Assembly: GCA_026914245.1 (NCBI GenBank)
Contig: CP110439.1
Span: forward strand, 5,580,001 to 5,644,000
Length of the DNA: 64,000 nucleotides
Reading direction: 5' to 3'
DNA from: Puccinia triticina
Taxonomy: Eukaryota
The translations under genes and the position numbers were made by a program. This document shows positions 25,619 through 36,314 of this stretch, in pieces. Position 1 is the stretch's first letter. Every line of letters begins with the position of its first letter. The notes below the pieces were generated by a model. That model saw only the letters and a program-made list of their open reading frames with translations. It made no database searches and was not told the DNA's origin.

Positions 25619-26382
25619 ATGTCTTCCTCAACAAATACCCCTATCCCAATACCTAGTTCGTCCGCATCACAAAAGCTCAGCTCACCTTCAACACAGACAA
25701 CCGATAAAGATAACGAACTGAAGGCCTGGCTAGCACTCAATCCGAGTCGACCGTTTCCAATTGACCGTCTTCCAGAGATGCTGATTCTTCACATCTTCAG
25801 CTCACTCGACTTGCCCGACCTAGCATCGATAGCCGCGACGGGAGACGGCCTATTGACGAGTCTGTCGAAGGACGCGGTGCTCCATCGGACGAGGCTGCGC
25901 TCCGTAGGCCCGCAATGCATCTCGCCGCACCTCAAGCGTCGCCCGAACATCCTCGAGCTGGCCAAGTCAGGCAAAATGAAAGGCCTCAACCTGGAGTCGA
26001 AAATCCAGCGCGGCTGTTATCTCTCCTCGCCGAACTCGGTCCGACTGCTCGAGAACTCCCACAGGGTCGAGCGGCTGATGATCCGCGAGAAACTCAACAG
26101 ACTCCTCAGCCGGCGGCCCTCCTCCAGATCCAGCCTCCTGCCCCTCAACCTCATCGACAAAGAGCTCCTCTTCTGCTCCAACATCCTCGCCCCCGTCCTC
26201 CGTCGTCTCAAGCGCCAACAAGCCAAGGATCTCCTCGCTCGCAAACTCAGGTATTCGGCTGCCGAGGTCGGCCACTTTACTCTCAGCCAGACTGGCCACT
26301 TCGGCACCCTCTTAATCGAAGACTCTCCTCACACCAACAGATATCCATCCAGCCCGTCATCCCCTCTCTCAATACATGCTAG
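25619..26382 (+). CDS. F-box protein with RPEL-like repeats
   Basis: F-box IDRLPEMLILHIFSSLDLPDLASIA, followed by HLKRRPNILEL and EKLNRLLSRRPS. Probable short 3' intron; the unspliced stop is at 26389. Confidence 0.75.
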
Positions 26383-27329
26383 CTCTTAACAACAGACCAT
26401 CGCATCCATCTCTCAAAAAACGGACCCGGTAAAATTGATCGTTATCCCATCAGTACGCGTCTTATAGCTTCAATCATACACTTTATCTTGCCTTTTTTTT
26501 CTCAAACAACATAAAATAAACACGCAGATACAATAGCACTTGTGATCTCCTTCCAGCATACACGTACATGCCATGCACGAAATACTCATTGTCTAACTCA
26601 CCTCTTCCTCCTCCACACACAAAACCTGCTTGCTGCTTGGGCATTTCAACATTCATACATATATCTTTGTTCAGTATTATAAGTGTTCTCTGTGAGTGTA
26701 CTCTGTTCAACACCCTTTAAATTAGTCATTTCTCCTCGCAGTGCTTGCCTTGTTTTAATATAGTTTACTTCACTTCTCCTGTTTCTTCCTCTTGGGCCTT
26801 GGGTACAATCATCAATACCGTCAAATTCAAGAGAACGCAATGTGTGCTCAACTCACTGCCATGAATGAGTCACTGATTGTTTCTTGATTTGGCCAATCTG
26901 GCTGATGGTCTACAAACCCTTCACCTATCAGAGGAGTTTCACCACAGAAATCTGTCCATGTAGCCACAGATTTGACATTTCAAACTTACAGGGCCATCCA
27001 GGCGGGATTGTCAATTGGAGGCAGCTATTCAACAGTTGAAATGCATGACAGGCAGTTTGAACTAGCACAAAGTAAGCTGTTGAACAATTTAAATGGATGG
27101 TGGATATGTTGAAAGAAAAATGGGTAGGTACTTTGTCAGCCTTAGAGTCAGTGAAGCTGACCTAAAGTGATCTGCCTTTATCATTATTTCAACCTCATCT
27201 CTCTTGTATCTTTTTACATTTAAGGTTTAGCTTTGTTTTGACTTCAGATTCTGCTTTCCCATGCAATTTCAAACCAAGTGTCTACTGGCCACTTTCCAAT
27301 AGCTCAACTCCTTCATAGAGCTCCTTGTT

Positions 27330-27583
27330 TGTGATGAGCATGCGCAGCAGCACCCTGCACTGCCAGCATATTTGGCTGAGATGAAGTCATTCCAGTTTAA
27401 CTGGGATGCACTCAACCAATTTAAAATGGGTTGATCTCATCGGGGGTACCTTGGATTTATATTTCATTGGTTGAGATGAACCAAGTTTAAATTGGTTGAG
27501 TTCATCCCAGTTTAACTGGGATAACCTCAAACCAGCCAATTATACAGGCAGTGCTGTAGGGGCAACAGAGCGCTCCAATCACA
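27330..27583. mobile_element. Foldback/palindromic MITE
   Basis: Long imperfect inverted arms (ccagtttaactgggatgcactcaaccaatttaaa / tttaaattggttgagttcatcccagtttaactgg; gcactgcc / ggcagtgc). Confidence 0.8.
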
Positions 27584-27591
27584 TGTACATA

Positions 27592-28210
27592 TGTGATTCT
27601 GTCAGCCAACCTTTAAAAGTTTCAAAGTCAGGATCCCCCATGCAGCTGGAGGATACACAGACTTCAGACCACCAGAACCACACCCCAGATAACCCAGGAC
27701 CACCACCAAAGAGGATACCACGCTCCCAGTACACCTACCATCACAGGCGCCTAGGATATTGACAGCAAGTATACTATTTCTTTGAACCTTGCTTATCCAG
27801 AGTGAAATTGAAACTCTGTGTCTCTTGACTGTTTCTTCTTTATCTCTCTTCACCTCAAAACCACTCAAGATCAAGGTTACTCTGTTAATCCTAGACCTAG
27901 TCTAAAAATCAGAGCAGATCAGTTTACTATCCTGTGTCCCCCCACCGTTTCCTTGGTGCGTGCAGAGGCTGTAGCCCCTGTTGGTCTAGCACAGCTGTCC
28001 TCACAACTTTTCCAGGTTGTTCAAGTTGACTTTGAGGATCCTCTTACAAAGAGTTGATAGACCCCCTCCAGATCATATATCTCCCTTTCTCTTTCTTTTC
28101 CTCTCTCTCTTTCTACCTCCTTCTGTTTTTAGTTCTTTATCCCAAGAAATACAACCAGCGCTTCCCCTTTTCCTTGTGTCCTGTTTTCACTTTAGAGACA
28201 CAGGCTCACA
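27592..28210. mobile_element. Probable solo LTR
   Basis: About 620 bp bounded by TGTGATTCTG...CAGGCTCACA (TG...CA, 8/10 inverted match). Non-coding. No matching TSD seen. Confidence 0.45.
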
Positions 28211-28701
28211 TACTTCAACTTTTGTTGAGGGATAAAGAGCAGATTAAGAGATAGAGTGGCTTAACTAAGCCCAACCTTGTCTCATTTTCAGTGGGTTTGA
28301 TGGAACCCATGAACAAAGCTTGAGGGCTTATGACTGAAGGAACCATTCTTGGTGACGAGGTCATTCTACTTTAACTGAGGAAGGATGTTTGTGTTTCTCT
28401 GACCTCTCTGGCAATATCACATAACTGCCCCATTTCTTGGAAACTGGAATCCCCTCATATTGTGCATCTTGCCCTTTATCCTAGCTATCTATTACCCTTC
28501 TACATTATGGAGGCTTTTTTTATAAGTGCTTATTGATTTGACATTGCACAATAAGGTGATAAAAGTATGGTGTAAGCCCACAATGAGGCTGTTACTATTT
28601 TCTGTGTGAAATGTTGCAGTTACAGGCAATATTTATAGCTTTATGAAATATTGAGATCTGTCAACGGAGTAGTGTAACTTCAAAGGGGGGAGGGGGAGGG
28701 G

Positions 28702-28797
28702 TGGGGCCACCAGGATTTGAAACTGGGATCTCTGCAGATGAGCAGTCTGCAAGAACTCTGGGTCACAATGGTCTTCCCCCATTAGACCATCTTGCCC
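28702..28797 (-). pseudogene. tRNA-derived relic (pseudo-tRNA or SINE head)
   Basis: Minus strand has an A-box-like TGGTCTAATGG, an anticodon-like stem GCAGA-CTGCTCA-TCTGC and a T-arm CCAG-TTTCAAATC-CTGG. The acceptor stem does not pair and there is an extra ~20 nt between the D and anticodon arms. Confidence 0.5.
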
Positions 28798-29129
28798 TCA
28801 TTTTGTCAGCTTAGACCTATCTTCCCCCCCTCAATAAATAAATAATAATAAGAAAAAAAAAGAAAACACAGAATGGCCAAAAATATATGTATCAAGTTGC
28901 CAAGCATGCACAAAAGTCATAACCAATTAGTTTTTTATTTCTTGCATAAATTCACATAACCTCTTGATTGATTTGGAAAATTGAGATATGGCTTTGAAAA
29001 CATGATTAAAAAAGATCCATGGATGGAGGGTGGAGATGGGAAGCTTTGAATAAAGCTATCCCCAATTTCTGCTGATTCAGTCTTGATTTTACATTGGGTC
29101 TGCCTAAATGCACCAAAAATTTACTTAAT

Positions 29130-29340
29130 GTACACCAAGATTTTGGTGTACTTACATGTGCACCCCAATATTACTGGGGTGAAATTCTTGAGTACCCCAA
29201 TTTATTGGTGTGCAGACCTACTTACCCCAACAACACTGGGTGTAGGTGTCAAAACTCCCAGACTGATTCAATTTTGGGATGAAATTTAATTTACACCATA
29301 AGAAATGGTGTACATGAGTAGCGCACCCCATCTAGGGGAG
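29130..29340. repeat. Array of short imperfect hairpins (ACCCCAA...TTGGGGT type)
   Basis: gtacaccaa-gatt-ttggtgtac (29130-29151), caccccaatattactggggtg (29161-29181), tacaccat-aagaa-atggtgta (29292-29312) and others. Confidence 0.7.
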
Positions 29341-29408
29341 TAACTCCCACACCCACCCACCCAAATTTTTAGACCAGCACATATTTGTCATTGAGGGGAG
29401 GAGCACCC

Positions 29409-29505
29409 CTTGATGACCAACACAGACCGGTCATCAAGGGTGCTACTCCTCTTGATGACCAACACAGACCAGTCATCAAGGGTGCTACTCCTCTTGATGA
29501 CCAAT
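29409..29505. repeat. 42-bp tandem repeat with palindromic unit
   Basis: cttgatgacc starts at 29409, 29451 and 29493; each unit folds cttgatgac...gtcatcaag. Confidence 0.9.
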
Positions 29506-29846
29506 GTGTGCCTGTCTAAGAGCATGTTTACCAGTGGCCAAGTAGTTTAGCTCACAGCTAGTTAGTTTAGCCATCAAACTTACCCACACTGGGATGAGCT
29601 AAGCCTCAGATAAACTAGCAAGAAGCTACAATTTGAGCTAACCATCACTACATATAGCAACAGTTAGCTCACAAGCTAGCTATCTACCTGCAAATATCAC
29701 AAAGCTGACACACCAACATGGTCAAATCACACATTGCTACTTCAGTTGAGTTTTGGCTGCAAAATTTTACCATTCCAAATTGAGCAAGATTTGTCCCCAT
29801 CTTCCTTTTAGAATGGAAACTTGAAAGAATGTAGATCTGGTCCCAC

Positions 29847-30250
29847 CCAGCTCAGCCAGCTCAATCCACTGCCCCAAAAACCAGCTCCACCAGATCCTAT
29901 TTTCAATGGCCAGCTCCTCCAGCTCCTCCAGCTCCACTGACCTGTATGAGTCAGCACCTCCAGCTCCACTGACCTGTATGAGTCAGCACATCCAGCTCCA
30001 TGGCAACCCACAACGAAGCTCACCCAGCTCAATGTGTCACTGGGTTTCAGCATCCCCAGCTCACCCAGCTCATTGGATTGCTGCCATCCAGCTCACCCAG
30101 ATCCTTGGCCCACTGCCATCCAGCCCACCCAGCTCCTGGCTCACTCTCAACCAGCTCAACCAGCTCCTTGGGTGACTGAATTCCAGATTACCCAGCTCCT
30201 TGGCCCACTGCCATCCAGCTCAACCAGCTCCTTGGCTCACTCCCAGCCAG
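29847..30250 (+). repeat. Degenerate CCAGCTC-based low-complexity array
   Basis: Many ccagctc/ccagctca motifs, plus a duplicated ccagctccactgacctgtatgagtcagcac. Confidence 0.85.
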
Positions 30251-31080
30251 ATAACTTCTGACATAATTAAGTCTAGTGGAGGACTTCCCGTCAAGTCTGA
30301 GAGCCTCCCAGATCTCAATTTACAAACTCAAATTCTTAATTTTTGACAAAAAGGAAAATGTTTTCCTAACCCTACAGTTCATTCATTTCATGTGCACTGG
30401 TTTAGTTTTTGATAGGTGTCTTAATTTAGGATTTAGAGGGGCATCTAGAGCTCTCTAAACAACAACGGGAAGTCATCCAGTAACAGTGCACAAAAAAACA
30501 ATGTGAGAAAATTTTACTAAGAATAGCGGCTGCCATTACCAATAACAGCAGGAAAAATCAATATGTTACCAGTACAATGGTATTAACCAAATTGTACCGG
30601 CACAGTGTTGAAGGAATAACAAGTTCATATATGCCATTTGGCAGGGCTTTGTTTAAATAATCATCCAGTCTATATGGTGAACAGTTGAATTTGTTCTCAC
30701 AGATCCTTCATTACACCCTCCCAACACGACATATTTCCCACAAAAACAACATTGTTTGCCTTGCAAGACCACCAAAAGGTGTAGTACCCCTATCTTCAAG
30801 AATTGACATAAGCTGATATCCTAGCAAATAATCCTTCTCAGGTGACCAGGATAAAAATCCCTCCCGCGCTCCGATCCGCCTGGTCTAACAATTCAATGCT
30901 CTCACTCAGCTCTCGTTATTTCAAGCAGAAACTGGCGTGGATTGAAACGCGCGGTAAATACTCTTCGAATTTTCCACTGACTGCTGTAACAGCAAGCATG
31001 AAGTATCCTCAGCAAGAAGAATGGATATATGAGAGTATCATTAGATAATCAAAATAAATCAAGAGGGATTTTTTGTTGTT

Positions 31081-32110
31081 TCAAGAGAGCATTTGCAGGG
31101 ATCTTGAGTCAAATACCACTTTGCGGCAAAGTGGGCAGCTATTTTGCCAGTACCCGGGCATCCATTCATGGATACATTCGAAATGGTAGTAATGTGGACA
31201 ACTCTTGAGTTTTGCAACTTTGCAGAAAGACCAATGATTCTCTCCGAATTCTTGAGGCGACTGGAATGGTCCGCGACAAATTGCGCATTCTTCGCCGGCT
31301 GGGCTGCCATATAGGACATGTGATGGCATTTGATCGGAGGAAATAGAAGTTGAGCTGCCCTCGGGATTCCTGGCGGTGTGGTCAAGATTGGTAGGCTGTT
31401 CCTCGTGGTTGTCAGCTCCAGTTGGCTGGCCATTCAGATTTTTCGATTCGCTGCTGGTTCTTGCCAGTTCATTCAGGGCTTCGTTCAATGTGACTATTTC
31501 AACTTTCCCAGGTTCGATTGGTAGCCGGTATTGGTCGCTATAAGGCATATATCCCAAAATGATGATGTTCCTTTCGAAAGCAGCGTTGACTCGAAGTTGC
31601 AAAGCATGAGCATACCGGTACCAACGGATCAAGTCTTCGTGCACTTGAGGCACCAGATCCAAGCGACTTCGGGTTATCTGTCGGCCCGTGAATGTGTTTA
31701 CCAACTCAATAGCAGCTGTTAATTCATCGGGAATTGCTTCGGGCGCAGATGATTGATGATCATTGGTCATTAAGCGCCCAACGCCAAGCCATCGCCCAAC
31801 CGTCTCCAGAAACCATCCCGTCCATCCCGGCTCCGTGGTCGGCCCGGCAATTTCCTGCGAAGAGTCCTCTGAATGCCACCGCAACGGTACGGTATCCTCT
31901 TGTGCAATATCATGGCCGTTTGCTTGATCACGTCCTGATAACGACGGGCAAACGACTATAGGTACCAGGATAAAAAAAGACTGCATGAGCAAAAATTGCG
32001 AGTGAAAGTTTGTATGCATGGTCAGGTTGTGGATTTCTTGTATGCACATGAGCACGTTTCCAAAAGATCTCTTTGAACTCAACTAGACACATTAAGATGA
32101 AAAGCTTCAT
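31081..32110 (-). CDS. Signal-peptide protein with C-terminal RING-H2 finger (candidate secreted E3 ligase)
   Basis: Exons 32110-32084 and 31980-31081 give MKLFILMCLSFFILVPIVVC... (308 aa; the donor GTTGAG is non-consensus). RING-H2 CAIC...CPHYYHFECIHEW...CPLCR. Confidence 0.8.
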
Positions 32111-32525
32111 GGCTGGCCAACTTGCTGGTAAATCTTTGACTTGATGACAGTGTAAAACACGGGATTGATGTTGAGACTTGAGCCCGGTTGTCTATTTGCG
32201 AGTCAGTCGTCTATGCTGGCTCTGGCTCGGTGGCCCTTCAGGGCCCTTCCATGCCACCTTGATCAAAGCTCTACCCAAGGAATTCAGAAACTCCAAACCT
32301 TCAAACATGAGTTGAGTTGAAGTATTCAGAAGTCTGGCACCCTTTTTTTCCAGCCGCCTCAGACAGGGAGATCAAGTACATACTCAACTCCACATGGCCT
32401 AAATCTTCTTGTTTCAGGGCCCGCTTACAAAGCACTGTAGGACTTCCCGTCCATTTGGCGCGTGCAATACTTTTAACGACTAACTCTTATTTTGATTATT
32501 ATTTGAATTTCATTTCGAATTTAGT

Positions 32526-32713
32526 AGGGGGGTTCACAATTGAATTTTATAAAACTTTGGAGGTCAATTTAACGCCTGCATGAACACAATTTTAAAATTT
32601 TGGCAAGATGTCCAGAAAAAGGTGTGACTGGTCAATCAGTGCAATTTATCAACTTTTCAAAAATATGTTCATAAACGGGTTAAAATGGGTCCTAAAGTTT
32701 TACAAAATTCTAT
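32526..32713. mobile_element. Truncated copy of the AGGGGGGTTCAC MITE family
   Basis: Left TIR agggggggttcacaat-like, preceded by AGT. The right side matches the 53480 copy but lacks the terminus. Confidence 0.7.
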
Positions 32714-33198
32714 CAAAAGTTGGATAGAATGACAGGATCTACACACCTCCGCAACAGACTTGCTGTTTTACCTTTCTTTGGCTTTCCAGCTGGCGCCGCT
32801 ACCGTATTGCTTGTTGAAGCGCTTTTTGGAGGAGTCTTGGTGCACTGCTTCTTTTTAACAGGCTTCTTTTTCTTTTTCCAATGGTTTTTGATTGCACGGA
32901 ATCTACATTGGATGACCGTTCTGCTGGCTGTTTCTGAGTTTTGGGTCAAGTTATTTTTACCCAAGAGTCAGATGACAGTGTCACCATATTGGGTACTGCT
33001 ACTATAGAAGAAGAGCGCCTTGAGCAGAGAGGTTGCTTGGATTGATCAGTTTCATATCCATCGATTACAGACTTCGTTGACTTATCTCCTCCCTGGGGTT
33101 CTGTTGGCTGGGATTCTAGCTCCATGATTTGATTTTGCTACGAGTGCGATTGAAGACGTGGCTGGGAGTAGTTTGGTTCCAACTGGAAGCAACATGTG

Positions 33199-33550
33199 GG
33201 CAAGATTTTTAGAAAAATCTTGCCAGATTAGGGCTGTTTCATCCCTGGATAATGTGATATCACATTATCCAGGGGTGGAGCACTGTAAATTACATGTTTC
33301 AATGCAATAACGCATTATCCAGGGGAAGAGTGCCGTACAGCATCTGCTTCACAGAGATAACACATTATCCTGGAAAAATATCACTACATTATCTGTGTTG
33401 GGAGGCAAAAAAAAAACAGTTCAATTACGTTACGGGTGCCGGGAGAAATAGAGAATTACTGATAGCAGTAACGTAGCCTGGAGGTCACTGAAACCACTAC
33501 CTTACTGAGATAACGTGGATAATGTAGTGTAACGTAATTACCCAGTGTTG
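33199..33550. repeat. Palindrome cluster with repeated CATTATCC/GGATAATG motifs
   Basis: 12-bp-arm hairpin at 33199-33224, perfect 32-bp palindrome at 33243-33274, further cattatcc copies and taacgtaa motifs. Confidence 0.75.
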
Positions 33551-33713
33551 GCAAAAGGAAATTTTTGGCCTGGAATGTTTTCCAGTGGATCATTGTAGCT
33601 TTTCAGACTAATATACTCACAGTTCAGTTTACACACACAATGTTTATTGAGAAGATGCAAATACCTTATCCCAGAAACTTACAACCCATTGAATGGTTGA
33701 TTGATATACGCAG

Positions 33714-34860
33714 TTGGCGCGGGAGCAGTGGGTGCATTCTACGGATCACGTCTACACGGGCCCGAGGCGGGGGCGAAGGTGTCGTTTGTCTGCCGGTCGA
33801 ACTAAGAAGCCTTTCAGACGGAGGGCATCGTGATCTCGAGCCGAATGTATGGCACGTACATCCGGCCAACGCGGGTGTTTGCGTCGGTCAAGCAGGCCGC
33901 CAAGCTCGGCCCGCTACTGGAACTGGAACCGGACGCAGATCCGGCTGGGATTTTGTGGTTTTCTGCACAAAGGTGTTGCCCAACCGGTCAATGACCCTGC
34001 TCTCCTCGCGTCTCTCTTGAAAACACCCGACGACGGCCGCCATCCTCCGACATTGGTGCACATCCAAAACGGCATAGGCTTTGAGGATGCCCACCGTCAG
34101 AGACACCCCCAGGTCCCCATCCTCAGCGCCGTGACTGTCGTCAATGCTGAACAGCTGCAGCTGGGTTGAGTCAGACATAACCAATGGACGCGGATCAGTA
34201 TTGGGCCCTATCTCGACCATCCCCATCCTTCAGTCGCCTCTCAACTTGCGCTCCATTCGCAAACTCGGCTCGACCTCCTCGCCAAACTCTTTCGGAACGG
34301 CCAGATCAACGACGCTGAGATCTATGGCAAAAGAGAGCTCCAGATCCTTTGTTGGCACAAACTAACAATCAAGTCAGTCCATCAGACCCCTTCGCAGATC
34401 CATGAGGAGATCAGATGGGACTGACAAAAAGATGTAACATAAAAAAACTAAATGCAGTACTTCCATGAACCCGACCTTGATCCTGTCCTGTGGAATGGCG
34501 TCCTCAGAGATGGTGAAAGACGGAGGCCTGCGGGAGCATCTAGCGGGATGCATGGGGGAGGTATTTGGGGCAGCGTTGAAGATCTTTGGGCTCGCGGAGT
34601 TCCTGGCCAAGTTTGCGAGCATAGAGCAGATATTGCGGTCGACGGAGCGCGCCGGTGAGTGGGCAACCATCAAGCCCTTGATTCTGCTTGACTGGGAAGC
34701 CGGCCGGCCGCTCGAGACCAAAGCGATCCTCGGCAACCCCCTCCATATCGCCAACCGCGCCGCAATCAATCTTGCATGGATCCAGTCTATGTGTGCTTTC
34801 CTCACTCAGCTCCAACGTGCTTGTGCTAAGAAGACCAACATAAATCATGCCAGGATTTGA
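33714..34860 (+). pseudogene. 2-dehydropantoate (ketopantoate) reductase family pseudogene
   Basis: GAGAVGAFYG, HIQNGIGFE, WHKL and DWEAGRPLE...ILGNPL. Stops at 33803-33805 and 34167-34169 plus frameshifts; the first exon is missing. Confidence 0.85.
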
Positions 34861-36314
34861 TGCTCCGTGTATGTATCTCGTGTCAGACTGACAGGACAAA
34901 GGGTGAAGTAGCTTCATTTTGAGATTGTGTACCCCACCCAAACCAACAAGATCAACCTATTGAAGGCCTCTAGATACTTAATGAAAAGATATGAAAGCAG
35001 CAGCTGTGCCAGCGCCAATGGAGCTGAGCTAGTTGAGATTGATATCCTCTGCAAGAACTCGGATGAGTTGATGGGCCGGGTGGGTTTTTGGTTGGGATGC
35101 CAAGCAAGTGGTCAATGGAGTGCGAAGAATTTTTGATACCCTGGGAGAGGTCTTGACAAGAACGACGGGATGGGCCGAGTTGAAATTGGCGGCAGAGGGG
35201 AATATGTTGCAGGCGGGGATTGCATTGCAGAGGTGGTGGTTGCAGGCGTCTTTAGATTGAAGGCCACAAAGGCCGGTTGTATTGGGTGAAGAAAATTGAC
35301 AGAGCAGTTGGCAAGACTCCCTGCCAGATTGGTATGTACCTTGTGGATTGCGGTGGCACTGGCTTAGGCTTCAAGGGTAGTGAGAGGGGCTGTACATACA
35401 AGCAAGGAATTGCTGTATTCACCTGGCAACGGGCAGAGTGGCTTGTGGCTTTCTGGGCCATCCTAGGCCAAGGTGATGATGGAGCGCTCTGCAATCACAG
35501 CCTCTTCAGTATATAAGGGGGCATCTCCTGCACCAAGGTTTATGCCCCAGGTGATCCTCCCTGCTCTTGCATTTGCAGAGCACTGATGGTGATCCTCCCC
35601 CTCCCCAATTGCACTTGCGATTGGCTGAGGGGTTTCCAGCCCTGACTTTTGCCCCACGCACTTGCGCCAGGCTGAGCGGGTTAACACCGGTCTCTTTTCA
35701 CCTGTGGCATGTCACAGGCTGGGAGTTTGTTAAATCCTTTTCTTTTTTTGTAGATATGTTTCAATTAAGATTTGTATTGTTTGTTTGTTCATTAATTTAG
35801 CTTGTTTTACTTTTTTTTTTGGATTGCTTGTATATAGGGGGAACCCTTGATTTTTTTGGCAAAACTGTGGTTTTAATAAACTTAGATGAATAAGAAAATG
35901 ATTCACAAGAATAGCGGACACATGAGACAAGTGTCATAATATTGAAAGAGAAAAAATGGTTGGGAGAGCTGAAATGTGTGAAATTCCAACATCATACATA
36001 GCACTTTGTATTGTCCGCCAAACAAAACTGTGAATGTGTATAGAAATATAACCCCTGTTTGGTGATCATGTATTTGTACTGGATTGAAGCTGAATTAAGG
36101 TTGGAGTGGGTTTTGAAAAGTGTAAGAGTTTCCTGTTGCATGTCCATTGGCCAGTATTGCATTTTTACAAAATTACTTGAAGCCTTGGCTGGTGCTGCGT
36201 CCAACCAAAACCTCACATGCAAAGTATTTAAAATTTCAGATTGTGCTTGCTGATTGGCCAATCACAAATATTTTCTAGGATCACTTTCAGCCAGTCAATC
36301 AAAAGATAAGAAGA

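Noticed and set aside
29130..29505. CRISPR-like appearance of hairpin and 42-bp repeats
   Set aside because: Eukaryotic context, no cas genes, and units are either too divergent or lack unique spacers.
34960..35690. Degenerate minus-strand reading frame with scattered stops
   Set aside because: No recognisable family motif; cannot be assigned.
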